A stretch of 64,000 bases of DNA from an uncultured Candidatus Rokubacteria bacterium (GCA_963762145.1 CAVXJS010000021.1:1152001-1216000); one strand, 5' to 3'. Counted from the first letter of the stretch, positions 34,470 through 43,583 are shown. Numbers and translations are program-made. The notes: generated by a model from the letters alone, not told the origin.

Positions 34470-34976
34470 ATGGCACGAGACGGCCTCCTGATCGGTGAGG
34501 TAGCGGGGAAGAGCGGAGTTAGTCGCAAGGCGCTCCGTCTGTACGAAAAGGCCGGCATTCTGCCGCCCCCTCGGCGCACCGGGTCGGGCTATCGGATGTA
34601 TGGCCCGGAGACGCTGGGCCTACTCGGGTTCGTCACGCAAGCGCGCCGGCTCGGCTTCCGACTCGAGGAAATCAAGCGCATCGTTGTGCTCAAGCGGTCG
34701 GGCCGAACGCCCTGTAAGCACGTCTTAGACCTCGTTCAGCTAAAGCTGAACAACATCGACCAAGCGCTCACGGACCTGGCAGAAGTCCGGGGGCAGCTTC
34801 GCGGGCTGCTCCGGTCCTGGCAGTCCCGCCGACACCGTTTTGCCGCTGTCTGTCCCTGTATCGAGCATCTAACCATCGTGAAGGGAAGGGAGGTGAACCA
34901 GAATGGAAAATCGCAAGGTGTCGCTGTGCCCAACCGGGTGTGGTCAGTGCCCAGACGTGGAGATGGCCGGCGATGA
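34470..34976 (+). CDS. MerR-family metal-responsive regulator
   Basis: IGEVA..SGVS.KALR.YE, GYR.Y, ARRLGF.LEEI, PC..V, C-terminal CPCIE; true end may be earlier. Confidence 0.88.
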   Translation: MARDGLLIGEVAGKSGVSRKALRLYEKAGILPPPRRTGSGYRMYGPETLGLLGFVTQARRLGFRLEEIKRIVVLKRSGRTPCKHVLDLVQLKLNNIDQALTDLAEVRGQLRGLLRSWQSRRHRFAAVCPCIEHLTIVKGREVNQNGKSQGVAVPNRVWSVPRRGDGRR

Positions 34977-35178
34977 GGTGCGGATCGGCGAAGCAGGGAA
35001 CCTCGCCGTCCTCAAGAAGGACGAATGGAACCTGCTCGTTGATCTGATTCAGTCCGGTCAGTTGACGAAGGTCTCGCGGTCCCAAGGAGTGTGGGCCCGC
35101 ACGAGTGGCAGGGGGAGCGATCCTCACCACTCGTGTTGCCTGCCTTTCGGATTCAACCTAAACGACGCTACCTCGTAG
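34903..35178 (+). CDS. Small Cys-motif protein (CPxxCxxCP)
   Basis: GGAGGT RBS; MENRKVSLCPTGCGQCPDV...IGE.GN...L.KDEWN.LV. Confidence 0.65.
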   Translation: MENRKVSLCPTGCGQCPDVEMAGDEVRIGEAGNLAVLKKDEWNLLVDLIQSGQLTKVSRSQGVWARTSGRGSDPHHSCCLPFGFNLNDATS

Positions 35179-35908
35179 CGCACACCTCAGCCGCGGTCAC
35201 GCGAGGGTCCTTGCATCGTGCGTTTCGCGTCGTGCGCAGTATGACAGCCTCACGGAACCCAGCCTCGCGGAACTCGCTCAGGAAGGTCACGCCTTCCTTG
35301 GCTCCGGCTACTCAGGCAAACCACTCTGCTTCGGTGAAATGGTCTGGTTTCGATACAGCTTCTTCTAAGACTAACTCCGCGACGTAGACGTGTCCCCCCG
35401 GCCGTACGACCCGCGCGAGTTCTCGGAAGATGTCCGCGCGAGCGGGATTCAAGTTGAAGATGCCGTTCACGAGCGCCACGTCTACCGAGGCGTCGTCTAA
35501 CGGTAGTCGTTCGGCGTCACCCTGGTAGAAGGTCACTACATCGACGCCAGCCTCAGCGGCAGCGTGTCGGGCACGGGTGAGCATCGCCTCGCTAAAGTCG
35601 ATACTGGTGACTCGGCCGGTGGGACCTACACGTCTCGCCAAGATGAGGCTGTCGAGTCCCGCCCCGCATCCGAGGTCGAGAATTTGAGCATCGGTAGGGA
35701 TCGGTGCGGACAGAGCTAAGGTCGAAACTCCCGCGAACGCCTCGACGGCCACGAGGGGCAGCGCGTCGAGCAGGTCGGCGGGGTAACCCAACCGCTCGGC
35801 CAACACTCGACCTACGGGGAAGGCGTGCTTCTGCGCGGGCCGTTCAGCGGCAGCAGAATAGGCGTTATGGACTGCGTTCCTGAGTTGTACTGAATCGTGG
35901 TTTGGCAT
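35168..35908 (-). CDS. ArsM-like SAM-dependent methyltransferase, predicted selenoprotein (UGA at 35312-35314)
   Basis: LDLGCGAG, GDAE.LP, RV..PGG; reading through UGA gives EWFA-U-VAGA...EAGF and 47 more codons to TAG. Confidence 0.8.
35280..35298 (-). promoter_or_regulatory. Bacterial SECIS-like hairpin
   Basis: AGGAAGG-CGUGA-CCUUCCU perfect 7-bp stem, 13 nt after the UGA. Confidence 0.65.
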
Positions 35909-36203
35909 GGGCCGGCACCCCCACGAGATGGTTAGTCGTATCGGAGGTGACTATAGCTCCAGCCATATCTGATCGCAAATGCCTATAGTCGAGTGCGTGG
36001 CTACGGCTTGTACCGAACCAGGTCAATCCAGAACGTGTCCGGTTGCGTGTAGCATATCCAGCCCCCGCAACCAATAAATGAGCGGTTAGCCAGGATCGGC
36101 TGACTCCTCCTCGTTTCTGTCCGTGTTACTGTCCGCGATCAGAATGAAACAGGAAGAATGGCAGGTCATCGCTAGAGAGGCCTGGCCGGTCCGGACTCGC
36201 CCC

Positions 36204-36647
36204 TCAGCGGGCGGGCGGCCCGGCCGCCGGAGGCATGCGCACACGCCACCACATGTTCAGCACGAAGAGAGCGGTTCCGGCAAGCTGGCCGAGCCCACCC
36301 AGCGCGATGAGCCACCGCAGGCCGAGCGCTCCCGCCAGCGCCACGCTGATCTCGGCCGCGGCGCGCAGTGCCGTCGAGATCGCCATCACCCAGTAGACAG
36401 CCTCCGCCAGCTCGGGCCGGTAGCGCGTGTCGTCGCGCGCGGGGCGCGGGAACATCCAGGTGGCGACGCCCATGACCATCATCAGCATGAAACCGACGAG
36501 CAGCAGGTGGGCGTGAGCCGTGATGAGCAGGCGGGGCGGATACGCGTCGAGGACGAATTGGCCGACCACGATGTAGGCCCCGATGAGGAGCCCTGCGAGT
36601 AGGAAGACGAAGCTGGTCTTGATGTATCGCCGGATCAGCGGGGTCAT
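36204..36647 (-). CDS. Four-TM membrane protein with H-x-H motif (heme-copper oxidase subunit I-like fragment family)
   Basis: AHAHLLLVGF...GVA.WMFPR. Confidence 0.7.
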   Translation of the reverse strand: MTPLIRRYIKTSFVFLLAGLLIGAYIVVGQFVLDAYPPRLLITAHAHLLLVGFMLMMVMGVATWMFPRPARDDTRYRPELAEAVYWVMAISTALRAAAEISVALAGALGLRWLIALGGLGQLAGTALFVLNMWWRVRMPPAAGPPAR

Positions 36648-37351
36648 CCTTCGTCGGCCTCGCCCTCGGCTATCGCGCTGAGCCCTGCCCAGTCCGTAAG
36701 GACGAGCCGGCCGCCGTCATCATCGAGGACGCCGTCCCGGACCCAGCGACTCATGGTCCGAATGGCGGTCTCCACCGTGGTGCCGGTCATGTCGGCCAGG
36801 CTTTGCCGGGTGAGGTGAAACGGCAGCGTCACGCCCTTGTCGCCCCACGCCCCTTCGCGCTTCGCGAGCCGCAGCAGGGCCGCGGCCAGGCGTGCCTCGA
36901 CCGGATCCACCGCGAGGGAGGCGACCGAGTCGTGGGCGGCCCGGAGCCGCCGGCCGATCATGAGCGCCATCTCCTTGATGAAGGCGGGATGCCGCTCGGC
37001 GAGCGCAATCACAGGATCGGCCGGGATCTTCAGCACCACCGTGGCCTCGGTGGCCTGAGCGGAGGCGGGATAGGGGCGCTTCTCGATCACGGCCACGCCG
37101 CCGAAGATCTCGCCCGGCCCCAGAAGCTCGAGGACCACGTCCTTCCCCGTCCTGGAATGCCTCACGATCTTCACGTGGCCCGATCTCACCAGGTAGAGCC
37201 AGCGCGCGGCATCGCCTTCCATGAAGATCTCGCCGCGGGATCGATGCGCCTCCTCCCGTGCGACTCGCGCGAGGGACTCGAGCTCGCGCGCCGGAATACC
37301 GGCGAACACCGGGTTCCCACCCAGGAACGCGACGATCTCCTCGGGGGACAT
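36644..37351 (-). CDS. Crp/Fnr family regulator (Dnr/HcpR-like, no FNR Cys cluster)
   Basis: IF.EGD, G.VKI, GEIFG, YPASA, LTRQ.LADM.GTTVET.IR. Confidence 0.92.
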   Translation of the reverse strand: MSPEEIVAFLGGNPVFAGIPARELESLARVAREEAHRSRGEIFMEGDAARWLYLVRSGHVKIVRHSRTGKDVVLELLGPGEIFGGVAVIEKRPYPASAQATEATVVLKIPADPVIALAERHPAFIKEMALMIGRRLRAAHDSVASLAVDPVEARLAAALLRLAKREGAWGDKGVTLPFHLTRQSLADMTGTTVETAIRTMSRWVRDGVLDDDGGRLVLTDWAGLSAIAEGEADEG

Positions 37352-37467
37352 CGGCGGCAGGATAGCACGAGGCCTGTCGCGAGATTGCCCCTGGAGATGC
37401 GGCGCCGGCGCCTCAGGCGACCGTGCACGGGTGCCTCCAACTGCATGAATTCGCGACGATCCCGTGC

Positions 37468-37483
37468 TGGCACCTCGCGTGCA
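37468..37483 (+). promoter_or_regulatory. sigma54 promoter
   Basis: TGGCACCTCGCGTGCA; IHF-like 37438-37450 (minus); UAS-like GCGG-N8-CCTC 37399-37414. Confidence 0.7.
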
Positions 37484-37510
37484 CAAAGCACAAGCCAGGG
37501 AGGACGAGTG

Positions 37511-37990
37511 ATGCGACGGATCGCGGGGCTGCTGTTCCTGGGACTCATGACTGCAATGCCGGACGGGGCGGGCGCTACCCCACCGATCATCGATGGCCCC
37601 ACGGTTCTGGAGCGGTCGCCCGCCGCGATCCAGGCGTCCCTGGGTGAGCCCGTCCGCACCAAGACCGTGCCCCCGGGAGACTTCCGCCTGCCCGACGGCG
37701 GCATGGCCCGCGTCTACACCGGGCGCGGGACGCAGATCGATGTCGACTTCGTGGGGGAGCGGAGCACCACGGTGGTCATTGCATTTCCCGACGCCACCGT
37801 CGCACCCAGGACCTACGAGGCCGCGCTCGAAGCAGTCAATCTCCGCCCCGGTCCGCCACCCGACGTGGTCACCCGAGACAGCCGGGAATGGCACGGTCTC
37901 GGGGGTTACTACTTCGTGCGGGTGATCGCCGCGTACCCGGCGCTCGACCACATCGACGCGATCATCTTGAGTATCCACCCGCTCCCCTAG
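37511..37990 (+). CDS. Exported hypothetical protein
   Basis: GGAGG RBS, signal peptide MRRIAGLLFLGL. Confidence 0.7.
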   Translation: MRRIAGLLFLGLMTAMPDGAGATPPIIDGPTVLERSPAAIQASLGEPVRTKTVPPGDFRLPDGGMARVYTGRGTQIDVDFVGERSTTVVIAFPDATVAPRTYEAALEAVNLRPGPPPDVVTRDSREWHGLGGYYFVRVIAAYPALDHIDAIILSIHPLP

Positions 37991-38006
37991 ACCGTCGGTC
38001 CGCCGA

Positions 38007-38050
38007 CTATGACCCCTGTCATAGGACGCCCCGTCCGGCCGCGGTAGCGT
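38007..38050 (+). promoter_or_regulatory. Crp/Fnr box with class II promoter
   Basis: CTATGAC-CCCT-GTCATAG palindrome; -10 TAGCGT at 38045 puts the site centre at about -41.5. Confidence 0.7.
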
Positions 38051-38068
38051 GAGGCGAGGAGGAATGAC

Positions 38069-38320
38069 ATGACACACGAATGCAGTTGCCGTCACGAAGT
38101 GCCGATCGCCCCAGGACAGCCCCTCCCGCCCGTCCGCCCCGAGCAGACCGTCGCGGACATCGCGCAGCATCGGGTCGGGGGGCTCGAGACGATGAAAGAG
38201 ATGGGGATCAATCACTGCTGTGGGGCCCACCTCACCCTGCAGGAAGCGGCCGCGGCGGCGGGCGTGCCCCTCGACGCGTTGCTCGCGGCGCTCAACGAGC
38301 GGTCCAAGGCACCCGCATGA
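38069..38320 (+). CDS. DUF542/ScdA_N domain protein
   Basis: TVADIA......E.M...GI.HCCG..LTL.EAA...GV. Confidence 0.8.
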   Translation: MTHECSCRHEVPIAPGQPLPPVRPEQTVADIAQHRVGGLETMKEMGINHCCGAHLTLQEAAAAAGVPLDALLAALNERSKAPA

Positions 38321-38832
38321 TGCCGGGCGACATCCCCGTGTCGCAAGTGCACCTCGACGTGCGGGAGGACATCCGCCGGGGTCACGAGCCGCTCGCGCGC
38401 ATCATGGCCGCAGTCAAGGCGCTCGCCGACGACGAGGCGCTGGTGCTCCGCGCCCCGTTCGAGCCGATCCCGCTCTACGACGTACTCGGCAGGCGCGGCT
38501 TCGCCCACCGCGCGGAGCATCGCGCGCCCGACGACTGGTCAGTCACCTTCTACCGGGGCGCCGCCGCGCTGCGCCCCGAGCCGGCGCCGGTACCCGCGAC
38601 ACCGGCACGCCGTCGCACAGTGCTGGATGTCCGGGGCCTCGAGCCACCGCAGCCGATGCTGCGGGTGCTCCAGGAGATCGACCGACTCGGCCCGTCTGCC
38701 GAGCTGGAGGTGCGTCACGATCGTCGCCCCGTCTTCCTCTATCCCCAGCTCGAGGAGCGTGGTCTCGTCCACGAGACCGACGAGCCTGAGCCGGGACTGG
38801 TGCGCATCCTCATCCGGAGGGACGCGGGGTGA
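38317..38832 (+). CDS. Tandem DUF2249 protein
   Basis: LDVREDIR.G.EP..RIM, PFEP.PLY; LDVRGLEPPQPM, DR.P.FLY..L.ERG. Confidence 0.85.
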   Translation: MMPGDIPVSQVHLDVREDIRRGHEPLARIMAAVKALADDEALVLRAPFEPIPLYDVLGRRGFAHRAEHRAPDDWSVTFYRGAAALRPEPAPVPATPARRRTVLDVRGLEPPQPMLRVLQEIDRLGPSAELEVRHDRRPVFLYPQLEERGLVHETDEPEPGLVRILIRRDAG

Positions 38833-40127
38833 GCCAGCCGCAGCCGCGTCCCGCGAGCGGCGTCTCACCGGTGGTCCCCCTCGCCTATCTGGTCTGTGCC
38901 GCGATCGCATTCCTCGCGGCCGCGCCAGGCGTCGCGTGGCTCGCGCCCGAGCTGGGGGGCCACTACTACCATCCGCGGCTGCTCGCTCTCACCCACACCG
39001 TCACGCTGGGGTGGATCACGCTCGCGATCATGGGCGCCAGCTACCAGATCATCCCGATCGTGCTCGAGCGCGAGATCTGGAGCGAGCGGCTCGCGCGCTG
39101 GCAGCTCGCCATCCTCGCCGTAGCGGTGACGGGCATGGTCGCGCATTTCCAGCTCGGCACCTGGCCCGGGTTGACCGCGGCCGCGGGTCTGCTGGCCATC
39201 GGCATCACGATCCATCTGCTCAATGTCGGCATGAGCCTGCGGGGCTTCACCCGGTGGACGTTCACCGCCCGCCTCGTCGTCCTGGCCTACGGCGGGCTCG
39301 CGCTCACGACTCTCTTCGGTCTGGCGCTGTCGGTCAACCGCGTATGGCCGTTCCTCCCGGGCGAGACGTTTCCGACGTTACACGCCCACGTGCACCTGGC
39401 CCTCCTCGGCTGGGTGGCGCCGATGATCCTCGCGGTGGCCGCGCGCGTGTACCCGATGTTCTTCCTCGCCCCCGCGCCACGGCCCTGGCACTCCTTCGTG
39501 CAGCTCTGGGGGCTGACCGTCGGCGTGCCGGCGGTCGTGGTGGGCTTGCTCGCCGCGCCCGGCCTGCTCATCCCGGGAGCGCTGGCCGTGGCCGCGACGG
39601 CGGCGGCGCACGCGGCCTGGATCGGCGAGATGGCCGGTGCACGGAAGCGGCCCGGCCTCGACTGGGGGCTCCGCTTCGTCCTCACCGCCACCGTGTTCCT
39701 TGCGCCGGCCGCGCTGCTCGGCGTGGCGATGGCGACGGATCGTCTTGCGGGGCCTCGCGTGGCGCTCGCCTACGCCGTCCTCATCCTCGGCGGGTGGGTC
39801 TCACTCACGATCGTCGGCATGATGCTCAAGATCGTCCCGTTCCTCGTCTGGTACCGCGTGTACAGTCCGCGGGCCGGCCGCGAGCCGGTGCCAACCCTCG
39901 CCCAGCTCTCCTGGCCGCGGGCTGAGGGCCTCGCCTATGGGCTCCTGACCGGCGGCGTCGTGTTGCTGGCCGCGACGGTCCTGGTGGGCGAAGTGGTCTG
40001 GATCCGCGCCGCGGGGACGATGCTGGCGCTGGGCGCGCTCGCCTTCGCGGCGGCGCTCGCGCGGGTTCTCGGATATCTGTCCATGCGCGCCCGGACATGG
40101 TCTCCGCATACGCGAAGGGTCGCGTAA
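38829..40127 (+). CDS. Multi-TM membrane protein with conserved His (oxidase subunit I/NnrS-like)
   Basis: LTH..TLGW....MGA.YQ..P, HAHVH...LGW, G...KIVPF..W. Confidence 0.75.
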   Translation: MSQPQPRPASGVSPVVPLAYLVCAAIAFLAAAPGVAWLAPELGGHYYHPRLLALTHTVTLGWITLAIMGASYQIIPIVLEREIWSERLARWQLAILAVAVTGMVAHFQLGTWPGLTAAAGLLAIGITIHLLNVGMSLRGFTRWTFTARLVVLAYGGLALTTLFGLALSVNRVWPFLPGETFPTLHAHVHLALLGWVAPMILAVAARVYPMFFLAPAPRPWHSFVQLWGLTVGVPAVVVGLLAAPGLLIPGALAVAATAAAHAAWIGEMAGARKRPGLDWGLRFVLTATVFLAPAALLGVAMATDRLAGPRVALAYAVLILGGWVSLTIVGMMLKIVPFLVWYRVYSPRAGREPVPTLAQLSWPRAEGLAYGLLTGGVVLLAATVLVGEVVWIRAAGTMLALGALAFAAALARVLGYLSMRARTWSPHTRRVA

Positions 40128-40130
40128 CGC

Positions 40131-40418
40131 ATGACGATCAGCTCCGCCTCGATCACGGAGGCCCTGCGCGCCGTCTTCGACCCCGAGCTCGGCAAGTCCA
40201 TCGTCGAGCTGGGGCTGATCTACGGGATTGAGATCGAAGCCGGCCGGGTCCACATCACCATGACCCTGACTGCTCAGGGGTGTCCCCTCCACGACTCGCT
40301 CGCCGAATGGGTCCGGCGGGCGATCCGCGAGATCCGCGGCGTGGACGATGTGGAGGTCACCGTGACCTTCGATCCACCCTGGACCCCGGATCGCATCGGC
40401 CGCGCCCAGATCCGTTAG
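40131..40418 (+). CDS. DUF59/SufT-like metal-sulfur cluster assembly factor
   Basis: DPELG.SIVELGLIY, MTLT..GCP, FDPPWTP. Confidence 0.9.
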   Translation: MTISSASITEALRAVFDPELGKSIVELGLIYGIEIEAGRVHITMTLTAQGCPLHDSLAEWVRRAIREIRGVDDVEVTVTFDPPWTPDRIGRAQIR

Positions 40419-40427
40419 CCAGTCCGT

Positions 40428-40463
40428 GGGGCGCGGTCGTCCCAGGTGAGGCGTCGTCGCCCT
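40428..40463. promoter_or_regulatory. Tandem putative UAS upstream of nirK
   Basis: GGGG-CGCGGTCG-TCCC-AGGT-GAGG-CGTCGTCG-CCCT. Confidence 0.6.
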
Positions 40464-40479
40464 TCTCGAGGGTAGCCCT

Positions 40480-40497
40480 CTATGACGGGCGTCATAC
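40480..40497. promoter_or_regulatory. Second Crp/Fnr box upstream of nirK
   Basis: CTATGAC-GGGC-GTCATAC. Confidence 0.7.
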
Positions 40498-40559
40498 CGC
40501 GGGGCGAGTAACCAGGCGCATCTTCACGTTATAGGGCGGTCCGGCGGCAGCGTGGTTAC

Positions 40560-40575
40560 GGGCATCAGCGTTGCA
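40560..40575 (+). promoter_or_regulatory. sigma54 promoter of nirK operon
   Basis: GGGCATCAGCGTTGCA. Confidence 0.7.
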
Positions 40576-40618
40576 GACAGGTACAGACGACAGTCGAAGG
40601 TCCAAGGAGAGACGAGCC

Positions 40619-41683
40619 ATGAAACGAGGACTGGTGGTGACGGCGGGCGTGGTAGTGGTCGGGCTGCTGATCGGCGGCGCGCAGCTCTGGCAGAGCCAGG
40701 CGCGGGCGAAGGTGACGGGGACCGCGGAGCTGCCGGAGGTGAAGGCGATCCTCACGTCGGCGCCGACGGTGCCGCCCCCGGTGGACCGGCCGGGCAACGC
40801 GAAGGTGATCGTGAGCCTCGAGACCACCGAGGTGAAAGGCACGCTGGCCGACGGCGTGCAGTACACGTTCTGGACGTTCGGCGGCACGGTGCCGGGGCCG
40901 TTCGTGCGCGTGCGCGTGGGCGACCTCGTGCAGATCCGGCTCAAGAACGCCGCGAAGAGCATGCACCCCCATTCGATCGACCTGCACGCGGTGACCGGCC
41001 CGGGCGGCGGCGCGGCGGTCACCCAGCTCGGACCCGGCCAGGAAGGCGCCTTCGAGTTCAAAGCGCTGAACCCCGGCCTCTACGTCTATCACTGCGCGAC
41101 CCCGAGCGTGCCCGAGCACATCGCCAACGGCATGTACGGGCTGATCCTGGTGGAGCCCGAGAAGGGGCTGCCCCCCGTGGATCGCGAGTACTACGTCATG
41201 CAGGGCGAGTTCTACACGAAGGGGAAGACGCTGGCGCCCGGGCTCCAGGTGATCGACCGGGCCAAGCTGACCGCGGAGCGGCCCGAGTATGTGGTCTTCA
41301 ACGGCAAGATGGGGGCGCTCCTGGACGACGGCGCGGTCAAGGCCAATGTGGGCGAGACGGTACGGCTCTTCGTGGGCAACGGCGGCCCGAACCTGATCTC
41401 CTCCTTCCACGTGATCGGAGAGATCTTCGATACCGTCTACACGGAAGGCGCGGTGGGCGGTGGGACTCCGGCCAAGAACGTGCAGACCACGCTGATCCCG
41501 GCGGGCGGGGCCGCGATCGTCGAGATGACGGTGCAGGTGCCTGGGCGTTTCCTGCTCGTGGATCACAGCATCGTCCGGGCGATGGAGAAGGGCGCGCTCG
41601 GGGTCCTGGAGGTCGCGGGCGCCGAGCAGCCCGGCATCTTCAAGACGCTGGTGCCGGGCACGCACGGGACGGGCGGGCACTAG
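40619..41683 (+). CDS. nirK: Copper-containing nitrite reductase (AniA-like clade)
   Basis: [17 protein letters not shown]...[20 protein letters not shown]. Confidence 0.95.
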   Translation: MKRGLVVTAGVVVVGLLIGGAQLWQSQARAKVTGTAELPEVKAILTSAPTVPPPVDRPGNAKVIVSLETTEVKGTLADGVQYTFWTFGGTVPGPFVRVRVGDLVQIRLKNAAKSMHPHSIDLHAVTGPGGGAAVTQLGPGQEGAFEFKALNPGLYVYHCATPSVPEHIANGMYGLILVEPEKGLPPVDREYYVMQGEFYTKGKTLAPGLQVIDRAKLTAERPEYVVFNGKMGALLDDGAVKANVGETVRLFVGNGGPNLISSFHVIGEIFDTVYTEGAVGGGTPAKNVQTTLIPAGGAAIVEMTVQVPGRFLLVDHSIVRAMEKGALGVLEVAGAEQPGIFKTLVPGTHGTGGH

Positions 41684-41699
41684 GCAGGCCACTCTCACC

Positions 41700-41728
41700 A
41701 CCCTCTCCCCCTGAACGGGGGAGAGGGT
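41700..41728. repeat. REP-like palindrome
   Basis: ACCCTCTCCCCC-TGAAC-GGGGGAGAGGGT between nirK and cytochrome c. Confidence 0.6.
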
Positions 41729-41740
41729 TCGCAGGAGGAG

Positions 41741-42151
41741 ATGATGGTGTCACCGCTCCCTCGCCGTGCCGTCATGATGGCCGTCAGCTTGGGATTCGTG
41801 TTGCTGGCGAGCGGCGCCTGGGCCCAGACTCCCTGGACGGCCCCCGATTCGGAGAAGAACAGGAAGAATCCAGTCGCGGCCGGCCCCAAGATGGTCGAGC
41901 AGGGCAAGAAGGTCGCGCAGGTCAACTGCGCCTCGTGCCACGGGAACACGGGCAAGGGCAACGGGCCCGCGGCGATGGCGCTCAGCCCCAAGCCCGCCGA
42001 CTGGACCTCGAAGAAGGTTCAGGACGAAACGGATGGCGAGATCTTCTGGAAGATCACGACCGGCCGGGGCGCCATGCCGTCGTGGAAGCACCTGCCCGAG
42101 AACGACCGCTGGGCGCTGGTGCAGCACATCCGGTCGCTCAAGAAGTATTAA
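41741..42151 (+). CDS. Monoheme cytochrome c
   Basis: Signal peptide, CASCH, G.MP.W. Confidence 0.92.
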   Translation: MMVSPLPRRAVMMAVSLGFVLLASGAWAQTPWTAPDSEKNRKNPVAAGPKMVEQGKKVAQVNCASCHGNTGKGNGPAAMALSPKPADWTSKKVQDETDGEIFWKITTGRGAMPSWKHLPENDRWALVQHIRSLKKY

Positions 42152-42165
42152 GTAGGAGGTACAAC

Positions 42166-43470
42166 ATGATCGCGACGCTCACGAGTTCCCCCGAGACCCT
42201 CATCGTCGACACCTTTCCCGCTCCGGGCGACGGGTGCCTGGGCTACCTCGTCGTCGACGAGGTCAGCCGCACCGCCCTGGCGATCGACCCGCGTCTGGAC
42301 CAGGTCGACCGATTCATCGAGGCGCTGGCCACCCGCGACGTGCGTCTGATCTATCTCCTCGACACCCACACGCACGCCGACCACCTGTCGGGGGTGCGCC
42401 GACTGGCCCAGCGGACCGGCGCCACCGTGTTCACCCACGCGGCGTCGAAGCTCAAAGGGCCGGCGCGGCGGATCAAGGGCGGCGAGACTTTCGAGCTTGG
42501 TGCGAGGACGGTGGCCATCCTCGACGCCCCGGGCCACACGCCGGACTCCCTCGCCATCCTCGTGGATGGCCACTTGTTCACGGGAGATGCGCTCTTCGCG
42601 GGCGGTGCGGGCCGGACGGATTTCATGGGAGGCAGCTCCGGGGATCTGTTCGAAACGCTACGGGCGTTCGAAGGCCTGCCCGACGACACGGTGGTGCATC
42701 CCGGCCACGACTACGTAGGGCGGGCGATAACGACCATCGGCGAGGAGAAGGCCGGCAATCCTCTCCTCCAGGAGCGGGACCGTGTGGCCTTCATCGCCAG
42801 GCTCTCCACGAAGTCCGCGCCTCCCACCAACATGGCGGCCATCGTGCGCCACAATCTCGGGGAGGCCGCCGCCACGACGCTCACCGCCTGGGACCTCCAG
42901 TTCCTTCGCGACCAGGGCCGCGAGCCCCTGCTCCTCGACGTGCGGAGCCCGATCGAGTTCGAGAGCGAACGTATCGATGGTGCCGTGAACCTGCCTCTGG
43001 ATGCGCTCCCGGCACGCCTGGACGAGATCCCCGAGAGCGCAGACCTGGTCGTCATCTGCCGCACGGGAGTGCGGGCGACGATTGCGGCCGACACTCTGGT
43101 CCGGGCCGGCCGCCGGGCCCGCGTGCTCGACGGGGGGATGCACGCGTGGCGCCGCGCCCGCCTGCCACTGCGGGAAGGCCGCAAGCGCCTGCCTGTCGAT
43201 CGTCAGGTTCAGCTGATCGCCGGCCTCATGGTGCTCACGGGTATCGCCCTCGGCATCACGGTGAACCCGTGGTTCCTGGCTCTCGCCGCCTTCTTCGGTG
43301 CGGGATTGACCTTCGCCGGGGCGACCGGCACCTGCGGCCTGGCGCTCCTGCTGATGAGGATGCCGTGGAACGCGGTCCCGGCTCCCTCCATCGAGGGCCC
43401 CGGCGCGGTGTGCGCGGCGGCCGCGCCCGCCGGGCCGACCTGTGCCGCGGGGCCTCGCCCGGAAGAATGA
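42166..43470 (+). CDS. MBL-fold persulfide dioxygenase-like + rhodanese + DUF2892 fusion
   Basis: THTHADH, PGHT, HPGHDY; DVR...CRTGVR; RQVQL.AG...G..FAG.TG.CG; AGGAGG RBS. Confidence 0.88.
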   Translation: MIATLTSSPETLIVDTFPAPGDGCLGYLVVDEVSRTALAIDPRLDQVDRFIEALATRDVRLIYLLDTHTHADHLSGVRRLAQRTGATVFTHAASKLKGPARRIKGGETFELGARTVAILDAPGHTPDSLAILVDGHLFTGDALFAGGAGRTDFMGGSSGDLFETLRAFEGLPDDTVVHPGHDYVGRAITTIGEEKAGNPLLQERDRVAFIARLSTKSAPPTNMAAIVRHNLGEAAATTLTAWDLQFLRDQGREPLLLDVRSPIEFESERIDGAVNLPLDALPARLDEIPESADLVVICRTGVRATIAADTLVRAGRRARVLDGGMHAWRRARLPLREGRKRLPVDRQVQLIAGLMVLTGIALGITVNPWFLALAAFFGAGLTFAGATGTCGLALLLMRMPWNAVPAPSIEGPGAVCAAAAPAGPTCAAGPRPEE

Positions 43471-43583
43471 CATGCCCAGGAAGCCCGTCGGGGGGCTCGA
43501 CTCTGCGACGCCGCTGGACCGATGACCGCTCGGGAGGTAGTGGTGGTGCCACCCTGGCGGCGAGGACGCTGTGCGCCGATGGG

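Noticed and set aside
40552-43470. 972-aa ORF
   Set aside because: The first 538 codons are off-frame over nirK and cytochrome c; real start at 42166 with AGGAGG
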